Source: Mycobacterium leprae TN (lineage in GTDB: Bacteria > Actinomycetota > Actinomycetes > Mycobacteriales > Mycobacteriaceae). From it: a DNA stretch of 32,000 bases. Below, in pieces: positions 8,890 through 19,297 of this stretch. The translations under genes were made by a program, and so were the position numbers. Positions within the stretch are counted from its first letter, which is position 1; every line of letters starts with the position of its first letter. The notes below the pieces were generated by a model. It did not search any database and was not told the DNA's origin. It worked only from the letters and a program-made list of their open reading frames with translations. The DNA lies in contig NC_002677.1 in NCBI RefSeq assembly GCF_000195855.1, positions 1,290,001 through 1,322,000 of the forward strand, written 5' to 3'.

Positions 8890-9690
8890 TTGGGGGCTGA
8901 CCTACTGCCCCAAGTACTCACCGTCAATCAGGTCGTCGACTATGTTGCCGCGGTGCTTGATGACGCCCAGGTGAACTTGGCTGTCATCTACAGCACCTAT
9001 ACCGCGGCGGGATTTGGTATCCGTTATTTTGGCAAGGTGCCCGCGATGATCTTCGATTCGCCGTTATCGTTATTGTCGTGGGGTGATATCGTGGTGGTGC
9101 GCGATGCCACTCCTTACGGCAGGGTTTCTCTGCTCGATGGCTAGCTCGACCTGTTGCTCAGTGGTCCAATTATTGTGGCAGCTACTGTCCTGGTTTGTCA
9201 CGGTTGCTAACCGCACGGTACCATACCATTACGAAATCGACTTGGTTAACCGCATCGCATTCCGCGATCTCGATTACGCCGTTGAACCTGATAGCTTTCT
9301 GCTAGAATTTGCCGCAGCGATACGTGAAAAAGCTACCAACGTGGCTGCTTTTGAGGACGAGCTGTGTAACTTGGTGACCGAATTGCCGAAATTCGTTTGG
9401 CCGACGATGGTTGTTTTCCGATGGCCGTCATTTCGTCACACCACATGCGGTGGCCAAGGTGTGTCGTGTCGCTGTTGCCGAATGCAGTGCTGTTGGCGCT
9501 CTCGACTATCGCACATAGTGTGTCGGACTTTCGTGTACCCGCGGCACTTGTCCATCGCCGACGGGGTATGACGTGGCGAATTCAACGGCTTGGCCAGCCA
9601 GTCGGCGACGCTGGATGTGTTCCCGACGTGTCCGGTCGTGCGGTTGCTGTGGAAGGTGATCGACCTGGCTGCCGCAGTTGAGGGTGCTCT
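8890..9690 (+). pseudogene. Probable remnant of a GMC-family oxidoreductase (position of Rv1279)
   Basis: No intact ORF. Frame-hopping fragments near the 3' end (..LSHIV..YPRGTCPSP.. and ..GLASQSATLDVFPT...KVIDLAA) resemble the GMC C-terminus (..CSHTLYHPMGTCRMG..GLRVADASVMPST..GEKAADLI) as I recall it. Strand and position fit synteny. The 5' part is not recognisable. Confidence 0.3.
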
Positions 9691-9719
9691 GCCGGCGATA
9701 ATGTCGCTGCGCAGCCGCC

Positions 9720-11393
9720 TCAGTTCTGCATGAATCCGATGGCGGTGTAGTTCAGGTCGCCGAAGCCGGCCGCGCCAAAGTTGGCCAGCGTGCTGCGTAC
9801 GGCGACGTCGCCCGGAGATTGGGTGAGCGGCAAGCTGAACCCTTCGGCCCAGAGCAGCTTGTCGACTTCGTTGGCCAACGCGCGCGCCTTAGCGGGATCT
9901 AGTTCGGCCAGCGTTCGCTCGATCGCGGCGTCTACTGCCGGGCTACTGATCTTGCCGAAATTGCTCTCTCCGTCGGATTGATAAATCTGGGTGAGCGCTG
10001 ACAGTGGGAATGCGTCGCCGACCCAGCCGAACTGCACGATATCGAAAGCTCCCACGTTGACGTAGTTGGTGAAGAAGCCGCTGCCGGCTTTGGCTTGGAG
10101 TTCAAGTTTGACGCCGATTTGCGCGAGGCTGTGCTGGGCGAGCTGAGCAAACTCTCGGCTGCCTTGCGCATCGTAGAACAGATAGCGGATGACTAGTTGA
10201 CGGCCGTCCTTCTCCCGGAATTGACCATTGAGCTTCCAGCCCAGGGCATCGAGCTCGTGTTGCGCCTGCTCCGGGTCGTAGCCGACAACGCCACTGTTGT
10301 CCTGGTAGCCTTCCTGCCCGTCGACGTAGACGTGGTTGTTCAACGGCTCGGGATTGTTGGCTAAGCCGTACTGAACTACCTTGGCGATGGTCCGCCGGTC
10401 GATGCCTTTGGACACTGCGAGGCGCAGCCCTTGGTCGGCTAGGATGGACCCAACGGCTCCGTTGAAGGTGAAGTGAGACCAGCGGGGGGCCGGGGTGCGC
10501 CGGATAGAGATGCCGTTGGTGCGCTGTGCGGTGGTCAGCTGGTCTAGCGTGCCGACTCCGGTCGCATCGATCGTGTTGTTTTGCAACGCTGGTAGCCGTG
10601 CGGCGTCATCGAGGACCAAGTAGGTAATGCTGTCCAGGCGGGGTGGTGTCCCCCACCATTTCGGGTTGTGGGTCAACACGATTCGTTGTGTGGTTCGATC
10701 CAGTGATGACACAATAAACGGACCGGCTGACGGGCCTGGTCTGTCGAGCTGGCCCTTGTTGAACGCTTCGGGTGTGGCGGTCATTGTGGCGGGCAGCAGC
10801 ATGCCATTACCGGCGAACATGCCGCGCCATTCGGCGTATGGCTGGGCGAAGGTCACGATGGCCTGCCGATCGTTGGCGCCGGGGCGTATTGATGCTACTC
10901 GCTCGCAGCCGTTGGTTCCGGCGATCTCGAATGCTTTATTCTTGCCGCTATTGGCGTGGATCTGGCGGTCGATGTCTCTCCAAGTGATCGGCGTGCCGTC
11001 GGACCAGACCGCCTTTGGATTGATGGTGTAGGTGACCACTTGCGGGGAAGTGCTAGTGAGTTTGATGCTGGTGAAGTAGTTGGTGTCGACAGTCGTCGAA
11101 CCGTCAGTACCGATGATGAACGCTCGTGGCATGGTGGCCTTCATCATTGAGGTGACCTCGGCGTTGTTGCCATCGATGTGCAGGATGTTGAAGTTTGCCG
11201 GGAAGTCGGTCAGTGCCAGCCGCAAGTTTCCGCCATCTTTTAGCGTGGCCGGATCCTGGGGGTTGATATCGCTGGTTTTGCCGAGCGCAGCGTTACTTGC
11301 TGCAGAGGGGACAAGGCGGTTGCTTGCGGAGCATCCGGTCAGGATCAGGCCGACCACCAGCAACGCCGCGACGATCCTGCTAAGCATAATCAC
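9720..11393 (-). CDS. oppA: Oligopeptide ABC transporter substrate-binding lipoprotein OppA
   Basis: 557-aa ORF with signal peptide and lipobox LILTGC|SAS. Family-5 solute-binding protein sequence, near-collinear with remembered Rv1280c. A GTG start at 11393 overlaps the oppD stop; the alternative ATG is at 11387. Confidence 0.9.
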   Translation of the reverse strand: MIMLSRIVAALLVVGLILTGCSASNRLVPSAASNAALGKTSDINPQDPATLKDGGNLRLALTDFPANFNILHIDGNNAEVTSMMKATMPRAFIIGTDGSTTVDTNYFTSIKLTSTSPQVVTYTINPKAVWSDGTPITWRDIDRQIHANSGKNKAFEIAGTNGCERVASIRPGANDRQAIVTFAQPYAEWRGMFAGNGMLLPATMTATPEAFNKGQLDRPGPSAGPFIVSSLDRTTQRIVLTHNPKWWGTPPRLDSITYLVLDDAARLPALQNNTIDATGVGTLDQLTTAQRTNGISIRRTPAPRWSHFTFNGAVGSILADQGLRLAVSKGIDRRTIAKVVQYGLANNPEPLNNHVYVDGQEGYQDNSGVVGYDPEQAQHELDALGWKLNGQFREKDGRQLVIRYLFYDAQGSREFAQLAQHSLAQIGVKLELQAKAGSGFFTNYVNVGAFDIVQFGWVGDAFPLSALTQIYQSDGESNFGKISSPAVDAAIERTLAELDPAKARALANEVDKLLWAEGFSLPLTQSPGDVAVRSTLANFGAAGFGDLNYTAIGFMQN

Positions 11394-13219
11394 CCGACCT
11401 CTGGTCGTGGTATCGCGCCCAGCAGCCGCCGCGTGTAATCGTGCTGCGGATTGCGGAAGACATCGTGGCTGTCGCCTTGCTCGACAATGGTACCGGCGAG
11501 CATCACGGCGACTTGATGTGCGAGATGTTTAATCACCGAAAGGTCGTGGGAAACAAACAGGTACGACAGTCCTAACCGGTCTTGGAGGTCAAGTAACAGG
11601 TTGATGATGCCAGCTTGGATAGATACGTCGAGTGCGGACACCGGTTCGTCGAATGCCAGAATTTTGGGCTGCAATGCCAGCGCTCGCGCGATACCGATGC
11701 GCTGCTTCTGTCCTCCGGAGAACTCAGTAGGATAACGAGTTGCGTCGTCGCGGCGCAATCCCACAATGTCGAGCAGCTCAGCGACACGCATTTGAGTATA
11801 ATTCTTGCTGAAACCATTTGCGTGCAAAGGCTCGGCGATTAGTTCGAAGACTGGTAGTCGCGGGTCCAGCGACGCGACTGGGTCTTGGAACACAACTTGG
11901 ATGTTGCGTCGCATCGATCGTCGGCTTGCCCGGTTGAGGGTGGCTACATCGATGCCAAGCACTTCGATCGATCCTGATTGTGGTACAGCGAGTCTTAGGA
12001 TCTCGTGCAGAGTCGTCGACTTACCTGATCCGGATTCACCTACGATGCCAAGGGTGCGACCCTGTTGCAGCTCGAAACTTACACCGTTGACTGCGCGGAT
12101 TTCGCCGATAGCGCGGCGCAACCCCACACCCTTAGTTAGCCGGTATGTTTTCACTAGATCCCGTACCCGCACCACGACCGATGAATCGCTGGTTGCTGAT
12201 GTGCGAGTGTCGGTGTTGATGCCGTAGATGTCGGCGGCACTACGCCCGCTGACCTGGTCGGTGCGGATGCAGGCTGTGCGGTGACCAGCCCTGACTTCGA
12301 CCAATTCTGGTTCGCGCAATCTGCATTCGTCGACTACCAGTGGGCAGCGCGGTGCGAATGGGCATTCTTGCTGGAGGCCGGCCAACGAAGGGGGCGCACC
12401 GGGGATTGGAACTAGCCGGGTTCCCTGTGTAGCGTCCAACCGAGGTACCGAGCCCAACAGCCCTACGGTGTAGGGCATCTGGCGCTCCCGGTAGAGGGTA
12501 CTTACTTGGGCTGACTCGACGACTCGGCCGGCGTACATTACCAGCGCTTGGTCGGCGAACTCGGTGACCACACCGAGGTCATGGGTTATGATGAGCACAC
12601 CGGCGCCAGTGACGTCGCGCGCCGTCTTGAGCACTTCTAGGATCTGTGCTTGCACGGTGACGTCCAGCGCGGTGGTGGGCTCGTCGCAGATCAGCAAATC
12701 GGGGTCGTTGGCGATAGCGGTGGCTATGACCACTCGTTGCCGTTCACCACCGGACAATTCGTGCGGAAAGGCGCGAGCGCGACGATCTGGCTGCGTAATT
12801 CCAACTAGCTCAAGCAGTTCCACGGCGCGTCGGTGGGCAGCTTTCTTTCCCACTCGCGGCTGGTGCACCTTGATTGCCTCGGTGATCTGGTCACCAACGG
12901 TGTAGACCGGGGTTAGCGCAGACATCGGATCTTGGAACACGGTGCCAATCGCTTTGCCGCGAAACCGCGACATTGTCTTGTCGGCGAGTCCTACGAGTTC
13001 GGTGTTGTGTAGCCTAACCGAACCGCGCACCTGAGCGTATTCCGGAAGCAAGCCCACTACCGCCATCGCCGCCGCGGACTTACCCGAACCCGATTCACCG
13101 ACCATGGCTACAACTTCTCCGGCGTTGATGCGATAGCTGATGCCGCGCACCGCGGTCACTGGTTCGCCATTTGTTTCGAACGTGACGGCCAGGTCAGTTA
13201 CTTCCAGTAGAGGGCTCAT
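11390..13219 (-). CDS. oppD: Oligopeptide ABC transporter ATP-binding protein OppD (two fused nucleotide-binding domains)
   Basis: The ORF is tracked from 13330. The likely start is ATG 13219 ([15 protein letters not shown]), which overlaps the oppC stop (ATGA at 13219-13216). It has two Walker A motifs ([20 protein letters not shown]), two signatures ([16 protein letters not shown]) and two Walker B motifs ([16 protein letters not shown]). Confidence 0.9.
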   Translation of the reverse strand: MSPLLEVTDLAVTFETNGEPVTAVRGISYRINAGEVVAMVGESGSGKSAAAMAVVGLLPEYAQVRGSVRLHNTELVGLADKTMSRFRGKAIGTVFQDPMSALTPVYTVGDQITEAIKVHQPRVGKKAAHRRAVELLELVGITQPDRRARAFPHELSGGERQRVVIATAIANDPDLLICDEPTTALDVTVQAQILEVLKTARDVTGAGVLIITHDLGVVTEFADQALVMYAGRVVESAQVSTLYRERQMPYTVGLLGSVPRLDATQGTRLVPIPGAPPSLAGLQQECPFAPRCPLVVDECRLREPELVEVRAGHRTACIRTDQVSGRSAADIYGINTDTRTSATSDSSVVVRVRDLVKTYRLTKGVGLRRAIGEIRAVNGVSFELQQGRTLGIVGESGSGKSTTLHEILRLAVPQSGSIEVLGIDVATLNRASRRSMRRNIQVVFQDPVASLDPRLPVFELIAEPLHANGFSKNYTQMRVAELLDIVGLRRDDATRYPTEFSGGQKQRIGIARALALQPKILAFDEPVSALDVSIQAGIINLLLDLQDRLGLSYLFVSHDLSVIKHLAHQVAVMLAGTIVEQGDSHDVFRNPQHDYTRRLLGAIPRPEVG

Positions 13220-14115
13220 CGCCGTAGGTGCTTGCTGACCGGGTCGAACGCATCGCGCAAACCATCGCCGGTAAGGTTGGCGCAAACCAGAATTACCACC
13301 AACACGCCGGCTGGAAACAAGAACACCCAAGGGAACGTGGTTGCGGACTGAGTGCCGTTGGCGATCAAAGTCCCTAAAGATACATCCGGCGGCTTAATGC
13401 CGAAACCGAGAAAGCTCAAACCAGTTTCGGCCAGGATGGCGGAGCCCACGTTGAGTGTGGCGTCGATAATCAAGATTGATGCCACGTTGGGTACCACGTG
13501 GCCAACGATCATACGACGGCTGGAGACGCCCATATACTTACCGGCACGGATGAATTCGCTTTTGCGCAAGCTCATGGTCATGCCGCGCACCATGCGAGAG
13601 CTGACCATCCAGCCAAAGCCGGCCAGTAGCAGAACGAGCAGCATAATGTTGTCCGAACTCTTGGTTTGGGGTGACATGATGGCGATGAGGACGAAACTGG
13701 GCACCACCAGCAATAGGTCGACCACCCACATCAGCACCCGATCCCGCCAGCGCCCGAAATAACCCGCGATCGACCCTACGGTGGCGGCGATGCTGGTCGA
13801 TATAAGCGCCACACAGACACCGATCAACATAGATTTCTGCATTCCACGCAGTGTCTGTGCCAACAAGTCTTGCCCCAGCGCGTTAGTGCCCAGCCAGTGC
13901 CGGGTGTTCGGCGGCTGCAGCAGCGCGTTGAAATCAAGATCGTCGTAGGAATAGGGCAGCAGCGACGGCAGCAAATAGCAGGCGACGAACAGCAGTACTA
14001 ACAGCATTAGAGACACCGACGCGGTTCGGTTGTGCGCAAACCGGCGCAGCACCAAGGTTTTCCGAGAAGCGAAATTTGTTTTCTCCGAAATGGATAGGCC
14101 CTCGGTGAGGGTCAC
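13216..14115 (-). CDS. oppC: Oligopeptide ABC transporter permease OppC
   Basis: 299-aa multi-helix hydrophobic ORF of BPD-transporter permease type (..[22 protein letters not shown]..). Its GTG start overlaps the oppB stop (GTGA at 14115-14112). Confidence 0.9.
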   Translation of the reverse strand: MTLTEGLSISEKTNFASRKTLVLRRFAHNRTASVSLMLLVLLFVACYLLPSLLPYSYDDLDFNALLQPPNTRHWLGTNALGQDLLAQTLRGMQKSMLIGVCVALISTSIAATVGSIAGYFGRWRDRVLMWVVDLLLVVPSFVLIAIMSPQTKSSDNIMLLVLLLAGFGWMVSSRMVRGMTMSLRKSEFIRAGKYMGVSSRRMIVGHVVPNVASILIIDATLNVGSAILAETGLSFLGFGIKPPDVSLGTLIANGTQSATTFPWVFLFPAGVLVVILVCANLTGDGLRDAFDPVSKHLRR

Positions 14116-15089
14116 GAAACTCGGACCCGCGGATCAAGTGCTGCATAGATGACATCGGAGAGCAGGCCGGCTAGCAGTATGACCGTGCCGAAGAAGATCG
14201 TGATGGCCGCGATGATATTGGTGTCCTGAGTAGCGACACCCTGCACCATCCATTCACCCATGCCGTGCCAGCCGAAGATCTTCTCGACGAACAAGGCTCC
14301 GGTGACCAGCCCGGCGACCCCATAAGCGAACAGGGTAGCCATCGGGATTAGTGCGGTGCGCAATCCGTGTTTCAGCAGTGCGCGTCGACGAGTGAGTCCT
14401 TTGGCGCGGGCCGCCCGAATGAAATCCTGGCTGAGGACGTCGAGCATCGCGTTGCGCTGATATCGGCTGTATCCAGCGGCACCAACCAGCGCCAGCGTTA
14501 GCGTGGGTAGGATCAAATGCCGCAACCGGTCGATTACGTGAGCCCACGCCCCACCGTAGACGCCTGGCGACGTTTCTCCGGTGTAGTCGAAGAGTTGGAT
14601 GCCAAAGGCCCAGTTCACCCGCAGCGCGCTTAAGATCAACAGGTTGGCGATCACGAATGTCGGTGTGCTGAGCACCAGCAACGCCAGTAAGGTGACCACG
14701 CGGTCGCTGAGTTGGTACTGGCGGATAGCGCCCCATGCTCCGGCCGTCACGCCCAGTACCGTGCCTGTCAAGGAGCCAATGATCAGCAACCGCAGGCTGA
14801 CTCCAACACGACGGCCCAGCGTAGAGCCCACCGGTTGTCCGGTGATGGTGGTGCCGAAATCGCCGCGTATGGCGTGCGACGCCCAGTTTGCGTAGCGAAT
14901 CGGTATGGGCTTGTCCAAGCCGAGTGCATGGGCCTTGGCGTCAACCATGGCTTGCGGCGGGTGGGGACTGCGCTGCAGCAGGCTGTCCAGCGGCGCGAAA
15001 GCCATTGAAGTTAGGCAGTAGGTCAGAAACGATGCCAGCGCTAGCAGCACGACGTAGTTGAGTAATCGGCGCGCCAAAAAGCGCATCAT
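14112..15089 (-). CDS. oppB: Oligopeptide ABC transporter permease OppB
   Basis: 325-aa hydrophobic ORF with the permease EAA-like loop (..DFIRAARAKGLTRRRALLKHGLRTALIP..). It is the first gene of the minus-strand operon. Confidence 0.9.
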   Translation of the reverse strand: MMRFLARRLLNYVVLLALASFLTYCLTSMAFAPLDSLLQRSPHPPQAMVDAKAHALGLDKPIPIRYANWASHAIRGDFGTTITGQPVGSTLGRRVGVSLRLLIIGSLTGTVLGVTAGAWGAIRQYQLSDRVVTLLALLVLSTPTFVIANLLILSALRVNWAFGIQLFDYTGETSPGVYGGAWAHVIDRLRHLILPTLTLALVGAAGYSRYQRNAMLDVLSQDFIRAARAKGLTRRRALLKHGLRTALIPMATLFAYGVAGLVTGALFVEKIFGWHGMGEWMVQGVATQDTNIIAAITIFFGTVILLAGLLSDVIYAALDPRVRVS

Positions 15090-15327
15090 GGCTGATCATC
15101 CCGCTCGTGTCGCATTGGTACAGATTAGCGAGTTAACAGGAATATAGTGACATCGCACAGCACTGCTGTAGTGGCCGGCGTCGCGCAGCACGACGGTGCC
15201 CCAGGCTGGACCATTCTAATCGAGCTGATGCTCATGCGTGAAATCCGAGTAATCAATTGTTAAAATCTATAGCGACATTGATCAGTATAGCAAATTCCAT
15301 ACTGCGATGCTAGAAGAAGTTTGCATG
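15090..15327. promoter_or_regulatory. AT-rich divergent intergenic region (opp operon promoter; former canA promoter)
   Basis: 238 bp between the oppB start (-) and the canA remnant (+). It is visibly AT-rich compared with its flanks (e.g. caattgttaaaatctatagcgacattgatcagtatagcaaattccatact). Several TANNNT -10-like hexamers occur on both strands. No specific promoter can be assigned by eye. Confidence 0.3.
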
Positions 15328-15778
15328 ATGGCTACTAGATGATTATCTGGCTAACAATGTTAAATGTGCGAGCATCCTCTTAAGGTCGCTTCCGATGCTG
15401 TCGAGCAAACATGTCGCAGTGGTCGCATGTATGGATACGCGGCTTGACGTCTACCGCCTGCTGGCCCTCAACGAGGAGAGGCCCACGTCATCCGCTCGCT
15501 GGCTATCAGCCAGCGATTGCTCGGAACTCGGGAGATCATCCTGATTCACCACACCGACTGTGGGATGCTTACCTTCATCGATAATTTCAAGCACGTTATC
15601 CAGGACGAGACTGGATGTAAAACCGTCATGGGCGGCCGAGGCCTTCCCCGATGTAAAGGCAGACGTCTGCCAGGTCGTTGCTCCGCATCTGGGACAGTCC
15701 ATTTGTGACCAAACATGTGTTCTTGCGTGGTTTTGTTTCGACGTCCCCAGCGGCAAACCCAATGAGGTTACGCTTTAG
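15328..15778 (+). pseudogene. canA: Beta-carbonic anhydrase pseudogene (canA, Rv1284-like)
   Basis: Readable only across several frames: DYLANNV.., [24 protein letters not shown]|[47 protein letters not shown]...FCFDVPSGKPNEVTL*. There is an early in-frame stop (ATG GCT ACT AGA TGA), at least two further frameshifts, and a 12-codon internal deletion. Confidence 0.75.
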
Positions 15779-15799
15779 TCCGCAACGATAGAGCCCGAA

Positions 15800-16820
15800 T
15801 AGCGGGGCGGAGCAAGCCAAGAAAATTTCTTCGATATTGCCTTCAGGATTGTATTATCCCTAAGCTACTACAATCCAGACGGCAATCTCGTCAATTGTTT
15901 GAATCCGTTTGATCTGTAGTGCGGCAACCGTACCAATTGATTACGCTCGGCAAGCGTGGATCACTAAGCCGGCCCATGCGTCAGCTGACCGTATAGATGG
16001 CAAGCGCCTTGGCGAGCAGTTTGGCCTTGTGGTTGACCAATGACCGGCCAAGCCGCAATATCTGGCCACTCTGATTACATCGGTGACTCGTGCTGGCGCA
16101 ATTAAAGTCCAGTGTCATCGCCACCGTCCACGCCTTGGAGTTCAGGGGGGCTGCGCCACATCAGGCTGCCACCATGACGGTCAGATTGGCTAGGGTGGCG
16201 ATGGCGTCGTCATGAAACCGTTGAGCTAATAGTTTTGAGTGGTAGCGTCGCGGCCAACATGCGAAATAACATCGACTTGGCATCGTCGCATAGGATGTGC
16301 GTAGCATCGAGCGCTCGCCGCAGTGGCGGCCGATGTGAACGTTGCGTGGTTCGTCGTGCAATCGATGCTGCGACTGGCCATCTCGTCTGCGGTGCTGCTC
16401 ATTGCGGTCCAATTACTACCGCGCACCGGCAAATCCCGTTCCGGACAAGTCACCACTTCGCTTTACGGGGGTCCTTGCCATGAGTCACTGCCACAGGTGT
16501 AAGCTCAACGTAAATCTCATGTAGGGTCTTGTTATATGGCGCCTCGGCACACGATCACGAATTCGATGCCGGCTGCTTTAACGGGTGGGTGGTTTGGACT
16601 GGACATCTCTCGACGATTGACGGTGCCGCTACGTCGCGGGTTGCGCTAAGGTCGTTATTGGCAGCTACCGCTTCGTGCAGCAAGTCGTTAGCCAGTCGGC
16701 CACTACCGCACGTTCGAATTGGCTTTCCTTGCTAGCCAACATTTCGATATTTATCCCGTCTTCCCTTGCGCAAATGACGACGAGCTCCTGACGATCCCAG
16801 CGTCAACCGGTTCGACTGCA
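15800..16820 (+). pseudogene. cysD: Probable sulfate adenylyltransferase subunit 2 (cysD) pseudogene
   Basis: Position and strand follow canA as in M. tuberculosis. The fragment KLLQSRRQSRQLFESV*SVVRQPYQLITLGKRGS (~15865-15963) aligns with remembered CysD [31 protein letters not shown]. The 3' fragment ANDDELL..STGS resembles RADDRISEAGMEDRKRQGYF. Stops and frameshifts occur throughout. Confidence 0.45.
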
Positions 16821-17110
16821 ATGGTGATCGTGACAACGTGCGCCGGGGTGATTCATTTCGTCGACGATAGTCTTCGTCAGCGCTTCAGTACTGCTAACGA
16901 CGATATACTGCATGGTCCATGCTCTCAATATATTTCACCGGAAAACTGATCATGACCGAATTGCCGATACTGTCCTCGTGCTCGCCATTCCACGATGCCT
17001 ATGTCCTCCTGTATGAGCGTCAACTTTTGCCGATAACGACTTCTATCACGATGGCGTCACGAAGATCAACACTGAAATTTCGCAAGAGGAATCGTGGTGC
17101 ACATGACCTG
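16821..17110 (+). pseudogene. cysN: Probable truncated cysN (sulfate adenylyltransferase GTPase subunit) pseudogene
   Basis: MVIVTTCAGVIHFVDDSLRQRF resembles LRLATAGSVDDGKSTLIGRLL (degenerate P-loop). LLYERQLLPITTSITMASRRSTLKFRKR resembles [26 protein letters not shown]. Only ~100 of ~600 codons remain before unrelated sequence begins. Confidence 0.4.
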
Positions 17111-17149
17111 GCCGGATGATATGCAATACTCAAGCTATTCCCACAGTCC

Positions 17150-17601
17150 AATACGGCCATAGAAGTACCGATACGCTACCCCTAATCCAGTCTATGACCT
17201 TATCATCGACATCACCCGGATGATCGAGTGGAGCCCGGAGTGTTATCGGTGCGAGTAGCTGTACGGGGCCACTACGGTGGCCCCGGGAGCTCGATTTTGC
17301 AGGTACAACCGGCTCGGCCGGGTGAAATGTGAAAGAACTGTAGTAATTAGCTACCCGAACCGGGGTCGAGAATTCACCGTCACGACCGTCAACTACGGCA
17401 CGGGTCGTGAAGAAACGCGTTGACGCTACACGATGGAGTTGTCATCCTTCGGAACGTTGCTCACCGAATCTTTTCAGTTTCTTTGGTGCTTGGTGCCAAA
17501 ACAGGCTGGCTAAAGAGCTTATTCCCAGAGGTTGTTCAGTCAACCTAGGCATCGAAGAGACGCTCCGGCGCATCAAGCGCGTCGCCGAGTCATCGGCATG
17601 A
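17150..17601 (+). pseudogene. SRPBCC (polyketide cyclase/dehydrase-like) family pseudogene
   Basis: Frame-hopping translation: PVYDLIIDITRMIEWSPECYRCE* LYGATTVAPGARFCRYNRLGRVKCERTVVISYPNRGREFTVTTVNYGTGREETRWRYTMELSSFGTLLTESFQF. This fits the typical SRPBCC pattern (..D.TRMGEWSPEC...W....G..GARF.G.N......W.T...V....PGR.FAF). An in-frame TAG and frameshifts are present. Confidence 0.55.
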
Positions 17602-17649
17602 TTCGGTGCAGGTAACTACTATCTGACGTGTCTAGGATCGAATAGGTCG

Positions 17650-18160
17650 GGTCTAGTAAGATCTATTGGACCCCTTACGGTGGTGCTGCGCCAGGACGAC
17701 AGCCTTTTCTCGGATGGTGCCCCAGTATCTACGGCGTAGTGTATAAGTCGACATACGCGTTGGTGATGCCCTACGACGGGCATCGTTTCCAGTCGGTTGA
17801 GCAGTTACGGTATCCAGTCGGCGCCTGGCGCTGGGAGGTTCCTCAGGGCACCGCTTCCGATCTGACGGACTTCGAGCGGGTCAAGCGTGAGCTACGTGAG
17901 GAGACTCGATTACACTCGACATTGTTCGAGACACTCGGCCAGCTTGACACCGCGCTTGGAAAAACTAGTCAGCGTGGGTGGGTAGTTTTTGACCACCGGG
18001 ATCTCCGAGAGAGCAGCGGAGCGCGAGCACGAGGAACAGGATCATAGGCAGTGCCTGGTTCTCTCGCGGTGATGTCGAGCAGATGATTCACTCGGAAGTG
18101 ATCGTTGATGCATGGTCAATTGTGGCCTACGTCCTTTTCCCGCTGAGCGGGCGATGATTT
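17650..18160 (+). pseudogene. Nudix hydrolase pseudogene
   Basis: QLRYPVGAWRWEVPQGTASDLTDFERVKRELREETRLHS contains a degenerate Nudix box (RELxEExG with G replaced by R). The downstream part is readable only after a frameshift (..EHEEQD..WFSRGDVEQMIHSEVIVDAWSIVAY..). Confidence 0.5.
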
Positions 18161-18229
18161 CTAGGGACCGGTGTTGGTCAACACCGGCATGACGATCACA
18201 CTGCGCAATGCTCGACGGGTGCTGGGTGC

Positions 18230-18600
18230 CGACGATTAAATTGGGGGGTCCGCAATGTTACACGATGTGGCTTACCACGACCAAGCCTGACGGCAATCCA
18301 CATGTGACGCTGTTAAGGGGTTCAACGCGGTGGATCCTGGTACTTCACCTCCACCGATGTAGGCATTAGATTGCTTCGTTGAAGCTTTTGTCAGCGACGG
18401 ATGGCGTGTTGAGGTTGCCTGCGACGCGCTCACGGTCCAGTACGGTGCGCCGTAGGCTAGGCCGGGGCCGTGGTACGCCCTATCAGCTAAAGTTGTAGAC
18501 AGTGTTCGTCCTTGGCATGTCTGGAGCCCTTTAAGGCCACAAAGTTTCAGTTGGGCTGAGCTAGCTCGAGCTACCACAGCGCGATCGTGTTTGTGCTTAT
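18230..18600 (+). pseudogene. Pyridoxamine 5'-phosphate oxidase-like (PPOX/F420-type) pseudogene
   Basis: The fragment WLTTTKPDGNPHVTLL..W.F.TS matches the usual N-terminal PPOX-class motif (..T...DG.PHV.P....). The rest is broken by stops. Confidence 0.35.
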
Positions 18601-19297
18601 TGCTGATATTTCCTTGCGTCATCGAACCCGCACCTTCAACACGATGGATCCACGATCGAGGTGTGCAACTCAGTTGGTTGCGGTGCTCAGCGCAATGGCA
18701 ATCACGACCTTTGTTGCCCTAGTGGTTACGGTACATGCAGCGATGGTGTCTTGGAATGGCAAATACTCGTTGGTGAAGGTGAGTTCTTAACAAGATCAGC
18801 ACCAGTGGCGTTGCCAGCCAAGCCAAACCCACTTTCAGTATTTTAACACCGTGTCCGGCAGATAGGTGCTTAGCTACTGCGATCGACAGACCTACTCCGA
18901 AAACCCGAGGTTACCCACTCTGTCTCGCTTTAGCTGGGACGAAATCAGATGGGTTGGGCACTTCGAGTTCCGGTGGGATTGCTACATGGGAGAAGGTATT
19001 CCGAAGGTGTGACAACTCGTGAAGTCGTGGGCGTTCTATACGCCGCAGCTCGATGGGTCGTTGCGTGGTATCCTGCACACCAGCAATTTACAATCGACCG
19101 TGTTGTGAATCCGCTGAAATGCTTGTGGTGGTGTTTTCTGCGGAGTCTCGATATAATTGTGCTTCCGGTAGCTATTGCGAGGTGAACTTAGGCGACTTGG
19201 TGGTGGCGCTGCTATTGGCGTCGATACCAGAATTAGCACTGGTCCTTGACGAATTTTCAAAAAATACTTGACGCAGTGTTCGCGGTACTAGCTGATA

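Noticed and set aside
13220-13330. The 37-codon 5' extension of oppD ([15 protein letters not shown]...)
   Set aside because: It lies entirely inside oppC in another frame. The ATG at 13219 gives the canonical ABC N-terminus and an ATGA overlap with the oppC stop.
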